Origin: a virus
Lineage: Duplodnaviria > Caudoviricetes
Strand: one strand, 5' to 3'
IMG/VR virus record: IMGVR_UViG_3300032257_000008
Span: 9,024-73,023 of that record
DNA: 64,000 nucleotides
Of this stretch, positions 17,393-25,731 are shown piece by piece. Under the pieces are notes generated by a model. That model saw nothing but the letters and a program-made list of their open reading frames with translations, was not told the DNA's origin and searched no databases. Both the position numbers and the translations under genes were made by a program. Positions within the stretch are counted from its first letter, which is position 1. Each line of letters opens with the position of its first letter.

Positions 17393-17704
17393 ATGTATAA
17401 AAAGACTAAATTACATCCTGATACCGGTTATAAAAATGGTGAAGATGAAACAGGTGAGTACAGACTTCCCCCAGACTACCAGGCCCACATTGATAAGCCC
17501 ACTTCAAAATACTACCCCATCCTACAACCTGCTATTCGTTGGTTTAAACGAGTATTGAAACTGAAATCTAAAATAATTTTTGGTATAATATTCGTCCTTT
17601 TTACATATAACTTTTACTATCACACGGAATTCGGTGGGACCAAAGACACCGTGATAACCTTTGTTAAAGACCCTGTGAGCAACGAATATGTCAGAAAAAA
17701 CTAA
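17393..17704 (+). CDS. membrane-anchored hypothetical protein
   Basis: AGGGG SD; one TM segment (IIFGIIFVLFTY). Confidence 0.65.
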   Translation: MYKKTKLHPDTGYKNGEDETGEYRLPPDYQAHIDKPTSKYYPILQPAIRWFKRVLKLKSKIIFGIIFVLFTYNFYYHTEFGGTKDTVITFVKDPVSNEYVRKN

Positions 17705-17770
17705 ACACCATCCAATGATTTACTTCTTATATAAACACCCACCACCTAATTTTGTAATAAATTGGAATAG

Positions 17771-17799
17771 TGGACTCCGTGAGTATCGTTAGTTATGCT
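17771..17799 (+). promoter_or_regulatory. sigma70-type promoter TGGACT-17-TATGCT
   Basis: Exact 17-nt spacer, 30 nt upstream of ATG 17830. Confidence 0.45.
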
Positions 17800-17829
17800 A
17801 TACCTTTACAACATAGTAAGGTAAATATC

Positions 17830-17982
17830 ATGGCCAATGATAAAGACAAAAAGAAGAAAAAACCTAAGAAACCACCTGTTGGTATATTAGGTACTGGTAT
17901 GGCTGATAAAGCCGGTAAAAAACTAGGTAATCGTAGAAATAAGCTTGAAGAAGCTATGCGACGACAAGGAATCAAGTATTAA
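17830..17982 (+). CDS. small Lys-rich basic protein
   Basis: AAGGT SD; MANDKDKKKKKPKKPPVGILGTGMADKAG... Confidence 0.7.
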   Translation: MANDKDKKKKKPKKPPVGILGTGMADKAGKKLGNRRNKLEEAMRRQGIKY

Positions 17983-18118
17983 AGAAACAACAAAAGTTTG
18001 TCCTAAATGCGGTAGTCGTATCCTTGCTCACTTCACCTCAATGAATAAAAAACAATGTTATGACTGCCGTATTTGGATTCCCTGGTACTTAGATAAAAAC
18101 CAGAAACCGTTACATTAA
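17945..18118 (+). CDS. small zinc-ribbon protein (not in ORF track; TTG 17945 or ATT 17978 start)
   Basis: CPKCGSR...KKQCYDC; overlaps the upstream ORF end; AAGGA lies 7 nt before ATT 17978. Confidence 0.55.
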   Translation: MKKLCDDKESSIKETTKVCPKCGSRILAHFTSMNKKQCYDCRIWIPWYLDKNQKPLH

Positions 18119-18122
18119 TAAT

Positions 18123-18144
18123 AGAGCCCATCCGGGCTCTTTTT
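18123..18144 (+). terminator. intrinsic terminator, ATCC loop
   Basis: agagccc-atcc-gggctct-tttt. Confidence 0.75.
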
Positions 18145-18163
18145 CGTTTCAATGGAGAATAAA

Positions 18164-18319
18164 ATGATTTGGTTAGCCATAGCATTAATTATCTGTGTCT
18201 ATATTATCTGTGATACATGGACCTTTTCTAAAGGTATTGATACTCCATTATTTAGTTACAAAACACCTAAAGAATTAGAACTTCAACAAACAATTTTAGA
18301 CAACTTAAAAAGGCACTAA
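18164..18319 (+). CDS. small membrane protein (51 aa; not in ORF track)
   Basis: GGAG SD; MIWLAIALIICVYII...; ends just before the AAA gene. Confidence 0.65.
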   Translation: MIWLAIALIICVYIICDTWTFSKGIDTPLFSYKTPKELELQQTILDNLKRH

Positions 18320-18321
18320 TA

Positions 18322-19347
18322 ATGAGTAATCAAGTAAATATCCCAACAGCAATTACATACCTTCAAGATGTATTACAAGCCGGCTTAGTACCTAATTTAC
18401 TGGGTAGCCCGGGCGTAGGTAAAAGTGACATAGTACGTCAGGTAGCTGAGCACTACGACCTTAAAGTTATTGATTATCGTTTAGCACAATCTGATCCAAC
18501 AGATCTAAACGGTTTCCCTACACTTAATGAAGATCGTTCACGTTCTCATTATGCTCCACCATCAACTTTTCCTTTAGCTGGTGATGAAGTACCTGCAGGA
18601 TATAAAGGCTGGTTAATTTTCTTTGATGAAATGAACTCAGCACCTAAATCAGTGCAAGCAGCAGCTTATAAAGTTGTACTTGACCGTATGATTGGTGAGC
18701 ATGACATCCATGAAAAAGTTGCAATGGTATGTGCTGGTAATCTGGAATCAGATAAAGCAATTGTTACTCGCCTATCAACAGCTATGCAATCACGTATGGT
18801 TCACATCAACTTAATGGTTGATTCAGAGTCTTGGTTAGACTGGGCAGCACAACATGACATCGACTACCGCATTAAAGCTTATATTAACTATCGCCCAGAA
18901 ATTTTACATAAGTTTGATCCTAATCACGATGGCGACACATTTCCTTGTCCTCGTACCTGGCACTTTATGTCTAAGCTTATTAAGGACTGGGCTTCGGTTG
19001 ACTACAATAAGTTACCGCTACTGGCAGGTACAATTGGAGAAGGTCCTGCACTAGAATTCCAAAGCTTTACAGATATTTTTAACGATCTACCTTCAATTGA
19101 AGACATCATTAAAAATCCACTTACTGTTAAGTTAAGTGAAGAACCAAGTAATCGTTATGCGGTTTCTTCTTTAGTTGCTAATCGTGCTACTGATAAAAAC
19201 ATTGAACCACTAATGGAATTCACTAAGCGTTTACCAATTGAATTCCAGGTAATCACTCTACAAAATATTATTAAGGGTGATAAAGCAATGATGAAGCAGG
19301 CAGCTATTCAAGATTGGATTGCAGTTAATGCTAAAGAACTTGTATAG
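18322..19347 (+). CDS. MoxR-type AAA+ ATPase (N4 gp24-like)
   Basis: Walker A GSPGVGKS, Walker B FFDEMN, CAGN, CPRTW. Confidence 0.9.
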   Translation: MSNQVNIPTAITYLQDVLQAGLVPNLLGSPGVGKSDIVRQVAEHYDLKVIDYRLAQSDPTDLNGFPTLNEDRSRSHYAPPSTFPLAGDEVPAGYKGWLIFFDEMNSAPKSVQAAAYKVVLDRMIGEHDIHEKVAMVCAGNLESDKAIVTRLSTAMQSRMVHINLMVDSESWLDWAAQHDIDYRIKAYINYRPEILHKFDPNHDGDTFPCPRTWHFMSKLIKDWASVDYNKLPLLAGTIGEGPALEFQSFTDIFNDLPSIEDIIKNPLTVKLSEEPSNRYAVSSLVANRATDKNIEPLMEFTKRLPIEFQVITLQNIIKGDKAMMKQAAIQDWIAVNAKELV

Positions 19348-19354
19348 GTGAGTT

Positions 19355-20230
19355 ATGATTACCACTACTTCATTTAAAGAATTACTTGCTACATATAATA
19401 AAAAAGGTACATATATTGATACAGGTTTTGATCCTGTAACTTTACTTCGTTATGTTAAGCGTATCGAAAAAGTGAAATTTGATAAAGGTAACGGTAATAT
19501 ATATAACGCTGGAGTTGTTATACAACATTTTGAAAATACAAATATTAGTATAACTGCTTCAATGCCTAGATTAGTAGATACTTGGAAGCCTTCAATTGTT
19601 CCTGGTTTAGTATTACATGGTACTAGTTTCTTTAAAGGTATGTTACTTAAAGATCAAGATGGTAAAAGAGTACCTGTAGCAAATTTACCTGAAGGTGCAT
19701 TTATTGAGTATAACAATAAATTTATGCAACTACCTGTAAATAATACTCATGTATTATTAAACTCTGATGCTACTTTAGAAGATTTAATTACTGAGTTTCC
19801 ACAGACTGCTTTAGCTATTCCTGATCGTAAAGCTAGAAAAGTTTCTCGCAATAAAATTACTGAGCAAATTAGCACTATTAAAGCAGAAACTTTAATTGGT
19901 GCTTTTGACTTGAACCAGTTAGCAGTGGAAGTAAAACAATACCATAGGTGTTATAACGCAAAAGATTTTATTGCTGAAGGTTTAGATTTATCTTTAGCAG
20001 TGAATTCTGTATTAGGGCGTTTAGCTATTGCTTATTATGAGAAATTTTTAACATATAACCAGTTACGTAATATATCTGAACAGTGCCCTGAAATTTCAAA
20101 TATAAATGCAAGTACAATTACATGGCTAGTAGAAAGATTCGCTAACATATTATGTGAAAGAATGGTGGGTATAGAAACTCAACCAAAATATATCGACTAC
20201 TTTACAGCAGAAGATAAACCAGAAAAATAA
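19355..20230 (+). CDS. hypothetical protein between the AAA and VWA genes
   Basis: 291-aa ORF, AGGT SD, no recognisable motif. Confidence 0.75.
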   Translation: MITTTSFKELLATYNKKGTYIDTGFDPVTLLRYVKRIEKVKFDKGNGNIYNAGVVIQHFENTNISITASMPRLVDTWKPSIVPGLVLHGTSFFKGMLLKDQDGKRVPVANLPEGAFIEYNNKFMQLPVNNTHVLLNSDATLEDLITEFPQTALAIPDRKARKVSRNKITEQISTIKAETLIGAFDLNQLAVEVKQYHRCYNAKDFIAEGLDLSLAVNSVLGRLAIAYYEKFLTYNQLRNISEQCPEISNINASTITWLVERFANILCERMVGIETQPKYIDYFTAEDKPEK

Positions 20231-20239
20231 GGTGTTACC

Positions 20240-21388
20240 ATGAATGATAAACCAATTGATCATCAAAAGCTTTTAGATAAATGTAAAATTGCTTTAATGA
20301 TGAAAGGCTCTGTATTTTTAGCTACTGTAGCTTTTAGTATGAAGCATAAATTTTATGATGGTATCCCAACTGCAGATACTAATGGTTTAGAAGTTCGTTA
20401 TAACCCGCAATTCTTTGAAGATTTAACTGAAGAAGAACGTGTAGGTTTGATCGCACATGAAGCATGGCATGTTGCTTTACAACATATGTTTCGTGAAGAT
20501 GGTAAGGATCATGAAGTATGGAATAAAGCTGGCGATTATGTAATTAACCAATTACTGCATGATGCTAGTTATGATCTGCCTTCAGGTGGTCTACAAGATA
20601 ATCAATTCCGTGATTGGAGTACTAATCAGGTTTATGATTATCTTATGGAACAAGATGAGCAAAAAAATTCTGGTAATGGTGACTTCTTTTGTGATGTACG
20701 TGAACCACCTAAAGGTGGTGATGGTGAAACAGATAAAGAAGCTGCAGAAAAACTTAAAAATACTGTTAAAGGTATTTTAGTTAAAGCTACTAACCAATCA
20801 AAAATGCAAGGTGAACAAGCTGGTAATATACCTGCTGAAATTCTTCGTGAATTAGATAAATTAATTAATCCAATTCTACCTTGGGAAACATTACTTGATA
20901 GATTCCTAAGTGATCATTGTAAAGATGATTATTCCTGGGCTCGACCAAATAAACGTTTCATGCCTGATATGATTATGCCATCTCAGTTCTCCGAATCACT
21001 TGGTTCAATAACAATTGCTATTGATACTTCTGGTTCAATCACTGATGATGATATGTCTAAAATTTTAAGTGAAATTACTTCAATTAAAGAACGTTTTAAT
21101 CCAAAAGAATTAATTATTCTTGATTGTGATTACGATATACATAGTGAGTATGTTGTAACTGAAGATATGCAAATCTGTGATTTACAATTTAGAGGTGGTG
21201 GTGGTACATCATTCCAACCTGTAATTGATTATTGTAATAAACAGAAACCTCAGGCACTACTTTACTTCACTGACCTATATGCTTCAGTTCCTGAAAATGT
21301 AGGTGAATATCCAATACTCTGGTTATGTTACTCAGAGCATGAGCCAATGCCTATTGGTGATACTATTTACTATAAAAGTAAGGAGTAA
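20240..21388 (+). CDS. metallopeptidase-VWA protein (N4 gp25-like)
   Basis: HEAWH, AGDYVIN, VWA MIDAS DTSGS, GGGGTSF, YFTD. Confidence 0.9.
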   Translation: MNDKPIDHQKLLDKCKIALMMKGSVFLATVAFSMKHKFYDGIPTADTNGLEVRYNPQFFEDLTEEERVGLIAHEAWHVALQHMFREDGKDHEVWNKAGDYVINQLLHDASYDLPSGGLQDNQFRDWSTNQVYDYLMEQDEQKNSGNGDFFCDVREPPKGGDGETDKEAAEKLKNTVKGILVKATNQSKMQGEQAGNIPAEILRELDKLINPILPWETLLDRFLSDHCKDDYSWARPNKRFMPDMIMPSQFSESLGSITIAIDTSGSITDDDMSKILSEITSIKERFNPKELIILDCDYDIHSEYVVTEDMQICDLQFRGGGGTSFQPVIDYCNKQKPQALLYFTDLYASVPENVGEYPILWLCYSEHEPMPIGDTIYYKSKE

Positions 21389-21391
21389 TTT

Positions 21392-21751
21392 ATGAGCACT
21401 GGCGCAGGGCAACCTACACAAGATCCTCGAGAGTTGATTGAGCAAAAACGTAGGGATGCTTTAGCTAAGTTAACTGATGATGATAGAGCTGCTTTATTTA
21501 ATACTGAAGACGGTTATATGATTATTGAGTTAACTTGGGGTAGTAAGGCTTTAGTACCATTTGAAGATGGTATTAAAATGTTAGAGATCCTTGGAAAAGC
21601 ACAAACTATTAGTAATGATGGTAATAGAGATTATCCTATTATTACTCCACTGAATTTCGATTCTCAATTCAATTTAGTAAGTAAGGAACTTTATACTGAA
21701 TATAAAATGAATGAATTATTAGGACTACATAAACCAGATGCCACAGAATAA
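21392..21751 (+). CDS. hypothetical protein
   Basis: AAGGAG SD; 119 aa. Confidence 0.7.
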   Translation: MSTGAGQPTQDPRELIEQKRRDALAKLTDDDRAALFNTEDGYMIIELTWGSKALVPFEDGIKMLEILGKAQTISNDGNRDYPIITPLNFDSQFNLVSKELYTEYKMNELLGLHKPDATE

Positions 21752-21923
21752 AGATAGTGATATTGAAGAAAATATACTTATCAAACTTCTAGCTCAAAAA
21801 CCTAATAAAGAAGACTGTTACACTTGTGAACATTATATTCGAGTAGTTAATAAAGGATTTATATGTAATAACGAATCTCCTAATGAATTTAACTGTATTA
21901 TAGTGTGGGAATATAAAAGGTAA
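21738..21923 (+). CDS. small Cys-containing protein
   Basis: 61 aa, CYTC; overlaps the upstream ORF. Confidence 0.5.
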   Translation: MPQNKDSDIEENILIKLLAQKPNKEDCYTCEHYIRVVNKGFICNNESPNEFNCIIVWEYKR

Positions 21924-21927
21924 AATT

Positions 21928-22509
21928 ATGAATAACGGTAATCTATCCATACAATATCCTCATGATTATAAATTAAGAATTAAAAACTATTTAGTATCTA
22001 AAATTTATAATCAAGCTGAAATAATATTTGAAGCTCAAATAAATGAATTAATTTTTGCTAATGCAAAAGAAATAGATGAATTTGCTGCATTACAAGATGG
22101 ATTTACTAGTTATGTTAATTACGAAGGCACTAACTATTTTTCAAAACCAATAAAGTATAAGGGTACTTCTGGTCGTCTTGTAGATATAAAAACACATCAA
22201 TGTACTAATAACACTCTACTTCCTGAATTTGAAGTTAAACTTAAAAAATTATTACAAGAACGTAGTGAAATAGCTGAAGAGAAATTAAAGGTTACTAATT
22301 ACATTCAAAATGTCTTAAATGAAATCAGTACTCTCGCAGATATATATTTATTATTCCCAACATCTGTACATCGGTATTTACCACCTAAAGATGATTCTAA
22401 AGCTACGTTAATTCCATATAGAGTTAAGTATGTTCAGACTCTCTACGATCACTACCAATCTGTACTTAGTGAGCGTATACTAACCAACCTTTTATTTACA
22501 GAGAAATAA
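21928..22509 (+). CDS. hypothetical protein
   Basis: 193 aa, AAGGT SD. Confidence 0.75.
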   Translation: MNNGNLSIQYPHDYKLRIKNYLVSKIYNQAEIIFEAQINELIFANAKEIDEFAALQDGFTSYVNYEGTNYFSKPIKYKGTSGRLVDIKTHQCTNNTLLPEFEVKLKKLLQERSEIAEEKLKVTNYIQNVLNEISTLADIYLLFPTSVHRYLPPKDDSKATLIPYRVKYVQTLYDHYQSVLSERILTNLLFTEK

Positions 22510-22511
22510 TA

Positions 22512-23138
22512 ATGGCTACAAAAATTGATAAGAAGATAGTGGGTTATAAGGTATTAGAAAAAGCTGAACCACAAATAATTGATAAAGGTCCTGAACCAAC
22601 TAAACCTTTAAAACGTCCTGAAATACTTAATGGTCATACTGTTAAAATTGCTAATCATGCAGAAAACTACAATCTGTATATGACAGTAAATTACCATGAA
22701 AATAAACCATTTGAATTATTTTTTGATTCATCTCACACAGAATCTACCCAATGGGTTAAAGGCTTAAGTCGTATAGCCTCTGCTTTACTTCGTTCACCAG
22801 ATGAAAATCTCAATATGGATTACCTATCTAAGCAATTAATGATGGTCCATTCAGATCAAGGTTATCACACAGGTGGTAAGGGCGGTTATGTGCCAGGTAT
22901 TGTTCACCATATTGGTAAAACTCTACGTGATCTTAAACAACCACAACTTCAACCTTTAGTTGATGAGCTGGATAAAATTGAAGAAACTATTGAAGAAACT
23001 ATTGAAGAAGAAATAGCAACACTTAAAGACCCAGCTCCCGGACAATGCCCTGACTGTCACAACTTTACCTTAGTTGTAAACGATGGTTGTAAACGTTGTA
23101 AAGATAAGAATTGTGGTTATATAGGGGAATGTGGATAG
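22512..23138 (+). CDS. nrdJb: NrdJb-like (TSCPD domain + C-terminal Cys cluster) small subunit of split class II ribonucleotide reductase
   Basis: N-terminal KIDKKIVGYKV, KRPEILNG.T.KI, LYMTVN...PFELF, LSRIASALLR; C-terminal CPDC...DGCKRC...CGYIGECG. Confidence 0.75.
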   Translation: MATKIDKKIVGYKVLEKAEPQIIDKGPEPTKPLKRPEILNGHTVKIANHAENYNLYMTVNYHENKPFELFFDSSHTESTQWVKGLSRIASALLRSPDENLNMDYLSKQLMMVHSDQGYHTGGKGGYVPGIVHHIGKTLRDLKQPQLQPLVDELDKIEETIEETIEEEIATLKDPAPGQCPDCHNFTLVVNDGCKRCKDKNCGYIGECG

Positions 23139-23164
23139 TCATTAATGAAATTAAGGGGTAATAC

Positions 23165-23692
23165 ATGCAACAATTATACAGACACTTTAATTCCAAAGAT
23201 GAATTGATGTATATAGGGATTTCCTTGAGTACTGTAGCAAGGTTAAGCCAGCATAAAGAACATTCACATTGGTTTAGTGATATTACCAAAGTTACTATAG
23301 AAAAATATGAAACCCGTGAAGAAGTATTACTAGCTGAAAAGCAAGCTATACAAACAGAAAAACCCCTATATAACATTAAACACAATAAACCTAAAAAAGA
23401 AAAAAAGCTTTCTTCTTTCGAAGAGGCAGAAATTTCACGTAAAAGGTTAACAAATAATATAGTAAATTTTCAACCTGTGTATTCAGTTCAACATGTCGCA
23501 AATATATTATATATATCTACTAATAAAGTTAAAACTTTAATGGATAAAGGTCTTTTGGGTAATTTTGAATCTAAAAAATCTTGGTCTGATCGATGGGGAA
23601 AATATATGATTACTCGATGTGTAACAGGATGGCAAATGATAGATTTTATTGAAAATCTAGAAAAAGGTATAGTAAATTTAACTGATCTGTAA
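23165..23692 (+). CDS. GIY-YIG endonuclease with a C-terminal HTH
   Basis: LYRHF...LMYIGIS...RLSQH...AEKQAIQTEKPLYN; HTH-like YSVQHVANILYISTNKVKTLMDKG. Confidence 0.75.
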   Translation: MQQLYRHFNSKDELMYIGISLSTVARLSQHKEHSHWFSDITKVTIEKYETREEVLLAEKQAIQTEKPLYNIKHNKPKKEKKLSSFEEAEISRKRLTNNIVNFQPVYSVQHVANILYISTNKVKTLMDKGLLGNFESKKSWSDRWGKYMITRCVTGWQMIDFIENLEKGIVNLTDL

Positions 23693-23703
23693 AGGTAAGC
23701 AGT

Positions 23704-25278
23704 GTGAAACATATTATATTTGATAAGCCAAGTACGCCTACGGGCCAAAGAACTGCATATAAAGTGGCTATCTTAATAAAAGATAATGCTTTTAATCAAT
23801 CAGATCTGCAACGTTATTATGTTAACCCTATTGCTGCTACTAACTTAATAATGCAACAACCGGATTTAACTTTAAATAATATTATTGCTTTTAATCTTAA
23901 ATATAATGAACATGGTAAAGCACCAGTTAAATTAATTAAATCTCATTTAACAACTGTTCTTCAAGGACTTCAAACTATTGGAGTAAAAACAGTATTAGTT
24001 GCTGATGTTGCATACTTTAAAACTTTAACTAAGTTACGTAAAGCAGAACCACATTATGGTTATGTAAAACCATGCATGTTTCCAGGTGGTGAAGGTATTG
24101 ATGTAGTATTGGTACCTAACTATAAACAATTATTTTATAACCCAGCTCTTCAAGATAAAGTTGATATGGGTATTAATACATTGTGTAACCATGTTAATGG
24201 TACTCATGTTGATCTTGGGCAAGGCATAATCCACAGTGCTCAATATCCAAAAACATTAAATGATATTGAAGTAGCATTAAATAGTTTACATCAGTATCCA
24301 GCACTGACATGTGATATAGAAACTTTTAGTTTAGAGTTTCATAAAGCAGGTGTAGGTACTTGTGCATTTGCATGGGACCAGCACAATGGTATTGCATTCC
24401 CAGTAGATCGTAAAGATGCTGCTAATGTTCCACTATTACGTGGTATCTTTAATGAAGAAGTTAAAAAGTTATTAAGAAAGTTCTTTGAGACTTATGAAGG
24501 TAAGTTAATTTACCATAATGGTAACTTCGACATAAAGATTCTTATCTATGAATTATTTATGGATGGTTTGCTAGATATACCAGGGTTAATACATGGATTA
24601 GATGTTATGTATCGTCTTATAGATGACACTAAACTGATAACTTATCTTGCTACTAACTCTACTGCAGGTAATAACTTAAGCTTAAAGCATAATGCATTTG
24701 AATTTGCTGGTAATTACGCACAAGACGACATTGAAGATATTAATCTGATACCTTTACCTGAGTTATTGGAATATAACTTAGTAGATTGTCTATCTACCTG
24801 GTACGTACACAATAAAAATTATCCTATTATGGTTCAGGATGATCAATTAGAAATTTACAATACTATTATGATTCCAAGTATGAGAGTAATAACTCATATG
24901 GAATTAATTGGTATGCCAATGGATAAAGCACAGATCATAACTACTGAGAAGGAACTACAAGCTATTCTTCAGGAGAATTATGATTTCTTAGCAGCTAGTC
25001 CATTAATAAAAGAACTTGAGTGGAAATTACAATTAGCAGAAATGATATCTGCTAATGCAAAACTCAAACAAAAAGTACGTCCAATTACGGATTTTAAAAC
25101 TAAGTACAATCCAGCATCTGTTAAGCAGACTCAAGAACTAGTTTATAAAACCATTGGTGCAGACATTATTGATACAACCGATACAGGACAACCTGCTACC
25201 GGTGCTAAAACTCTCAAGAAAATATTAAATAAATTAATTAATGAATACAACATAACCGAGGAAGAATTAAATGGCTAA
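23704..25278 (+). CDS. family A DNA polymerase, N-terminal part (N-domain, 3'-5' exonuclease, start of thumb)
   Basis: Exo I CDIET, Exo II HNGNFD, Exo III YNLVD, MELIGMPMD, YNPASVKQ, TDTGQPATG. Confidence 0.9.
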   Translation: MKHIIFDKPSTPTGQRTAYKVAILIKDNAFNQSDLQRYYVNPIAATNLIMQQPDLTLNNIIAFNLKYNEHGKAPVKLIKSHLTTVLQGLQTIGVKTVLVADVAYFKTLTKLRKAEPHYGYVKPCMFPGGEGIDVVLVPNYKQLFYNPALQDKVDMGINTLCNHVNGTHVDLGQGIIHSAQYPKTLNDIEVALNSLHQYPALTCDIETFSLEFHKAGVGTCAFAWDQHNGIAFPVDRKDAANVPLLRGIFNEEVKKLLRKFFETYEGKLIYHNGNFDIKILIYELFMDGLLDIPGLIHGLDVMYRLIDDTKLITYLATNSTAGNNLSLKHNAFEFAGNYAQDDIEDINLIPLPELLEYNLVDCLSTWYVHNKNYPIMVQDDQLEIYNTIMIPSMRVITHMELIGMPMDKAQIITTEKELQAILQENYDFLAASPLIKELEWKLQLAEMISANAKLKQKVRPITDFKTKYNPASVKQTQELVYKTIGADIIDTTDTGQPATGAKTLKKILNKLINEYNITEEELNG

Positions 25279-25723
25279 AATGAATAAAGAACAGCGCATA
25301 TTGGTATCAAAACTTATCTGTGAAGCTGCAATAAAAAACCTTACTAAAAAATTCGGTAAAACACTAAAAGAATTTAAAGCTGAGATTGTTTTATCTCGTA
25401 ACTGGCACCAGGATAGTGCTAATTTAAGTCTTAAATTTGATGATGATACACTCCTTACAACTAAAAAAGTTAAAGCTATGTTATCTAAAGCTTACCGAGA
25501 TGGTGAATACACTGTTAAGCTGAATCCAGTAGGCAAATTAGAAGCAGTATTTAATAAGTCAGTTATAAATAGAAAGAACTGGCTTATTAAACCTGTATCA
25601 GACCTACGTACTGCTGTACGTGAATTCAATTTAAAGTTAGAAAATGACTTTATGCTACAAACATCTTTTGCTGGTATTGAAGATGTGCAAGATTTTATTA
25701 AGACCTTCGCTAAAAATATTTAA
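25271..25723 (+). CDS. hypothetical protein inserted inside the polymerase locus
   Basis: 150 aa with GAGGA SD; overlaps the pol-N stop; no HNH, GIY-YIG or LAGLIDADG motif seen. Confidence 0.7.
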   Translation: MAKMNKEQRILVSKLICEAAIKNLTKKFGKTLKEFKAEIVLSRNWHQDSANLSLKFDDDTLLTTKKVKAMLSKAYRDGEYTVKLNPVGKLEAVFNKSVINRKNWLIKPVSDLRTAVREFNLKLENDFMLQTSFAGIEDVQDFIKTFAKNI

Positions 25724-25731
25724 GGTTTACT

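Noticed and set aside
22978-23015. 12-nt tandem repeat (EETI EETI EEEI) in the NrdJb linker
   Set aside because: Ordinary low-complexity linker slippage
25271-25731. Group I/II intron, intein or T4 gene 60-type ribosomal hop in the polymerase
   Set aside because: The insert is fully occupied by an ORF with its own SD, there are no P/Q/R/S or domain V motifs and no intein termini, there are many in-frame stops, and no matching GGC landing codon lies before pol-C
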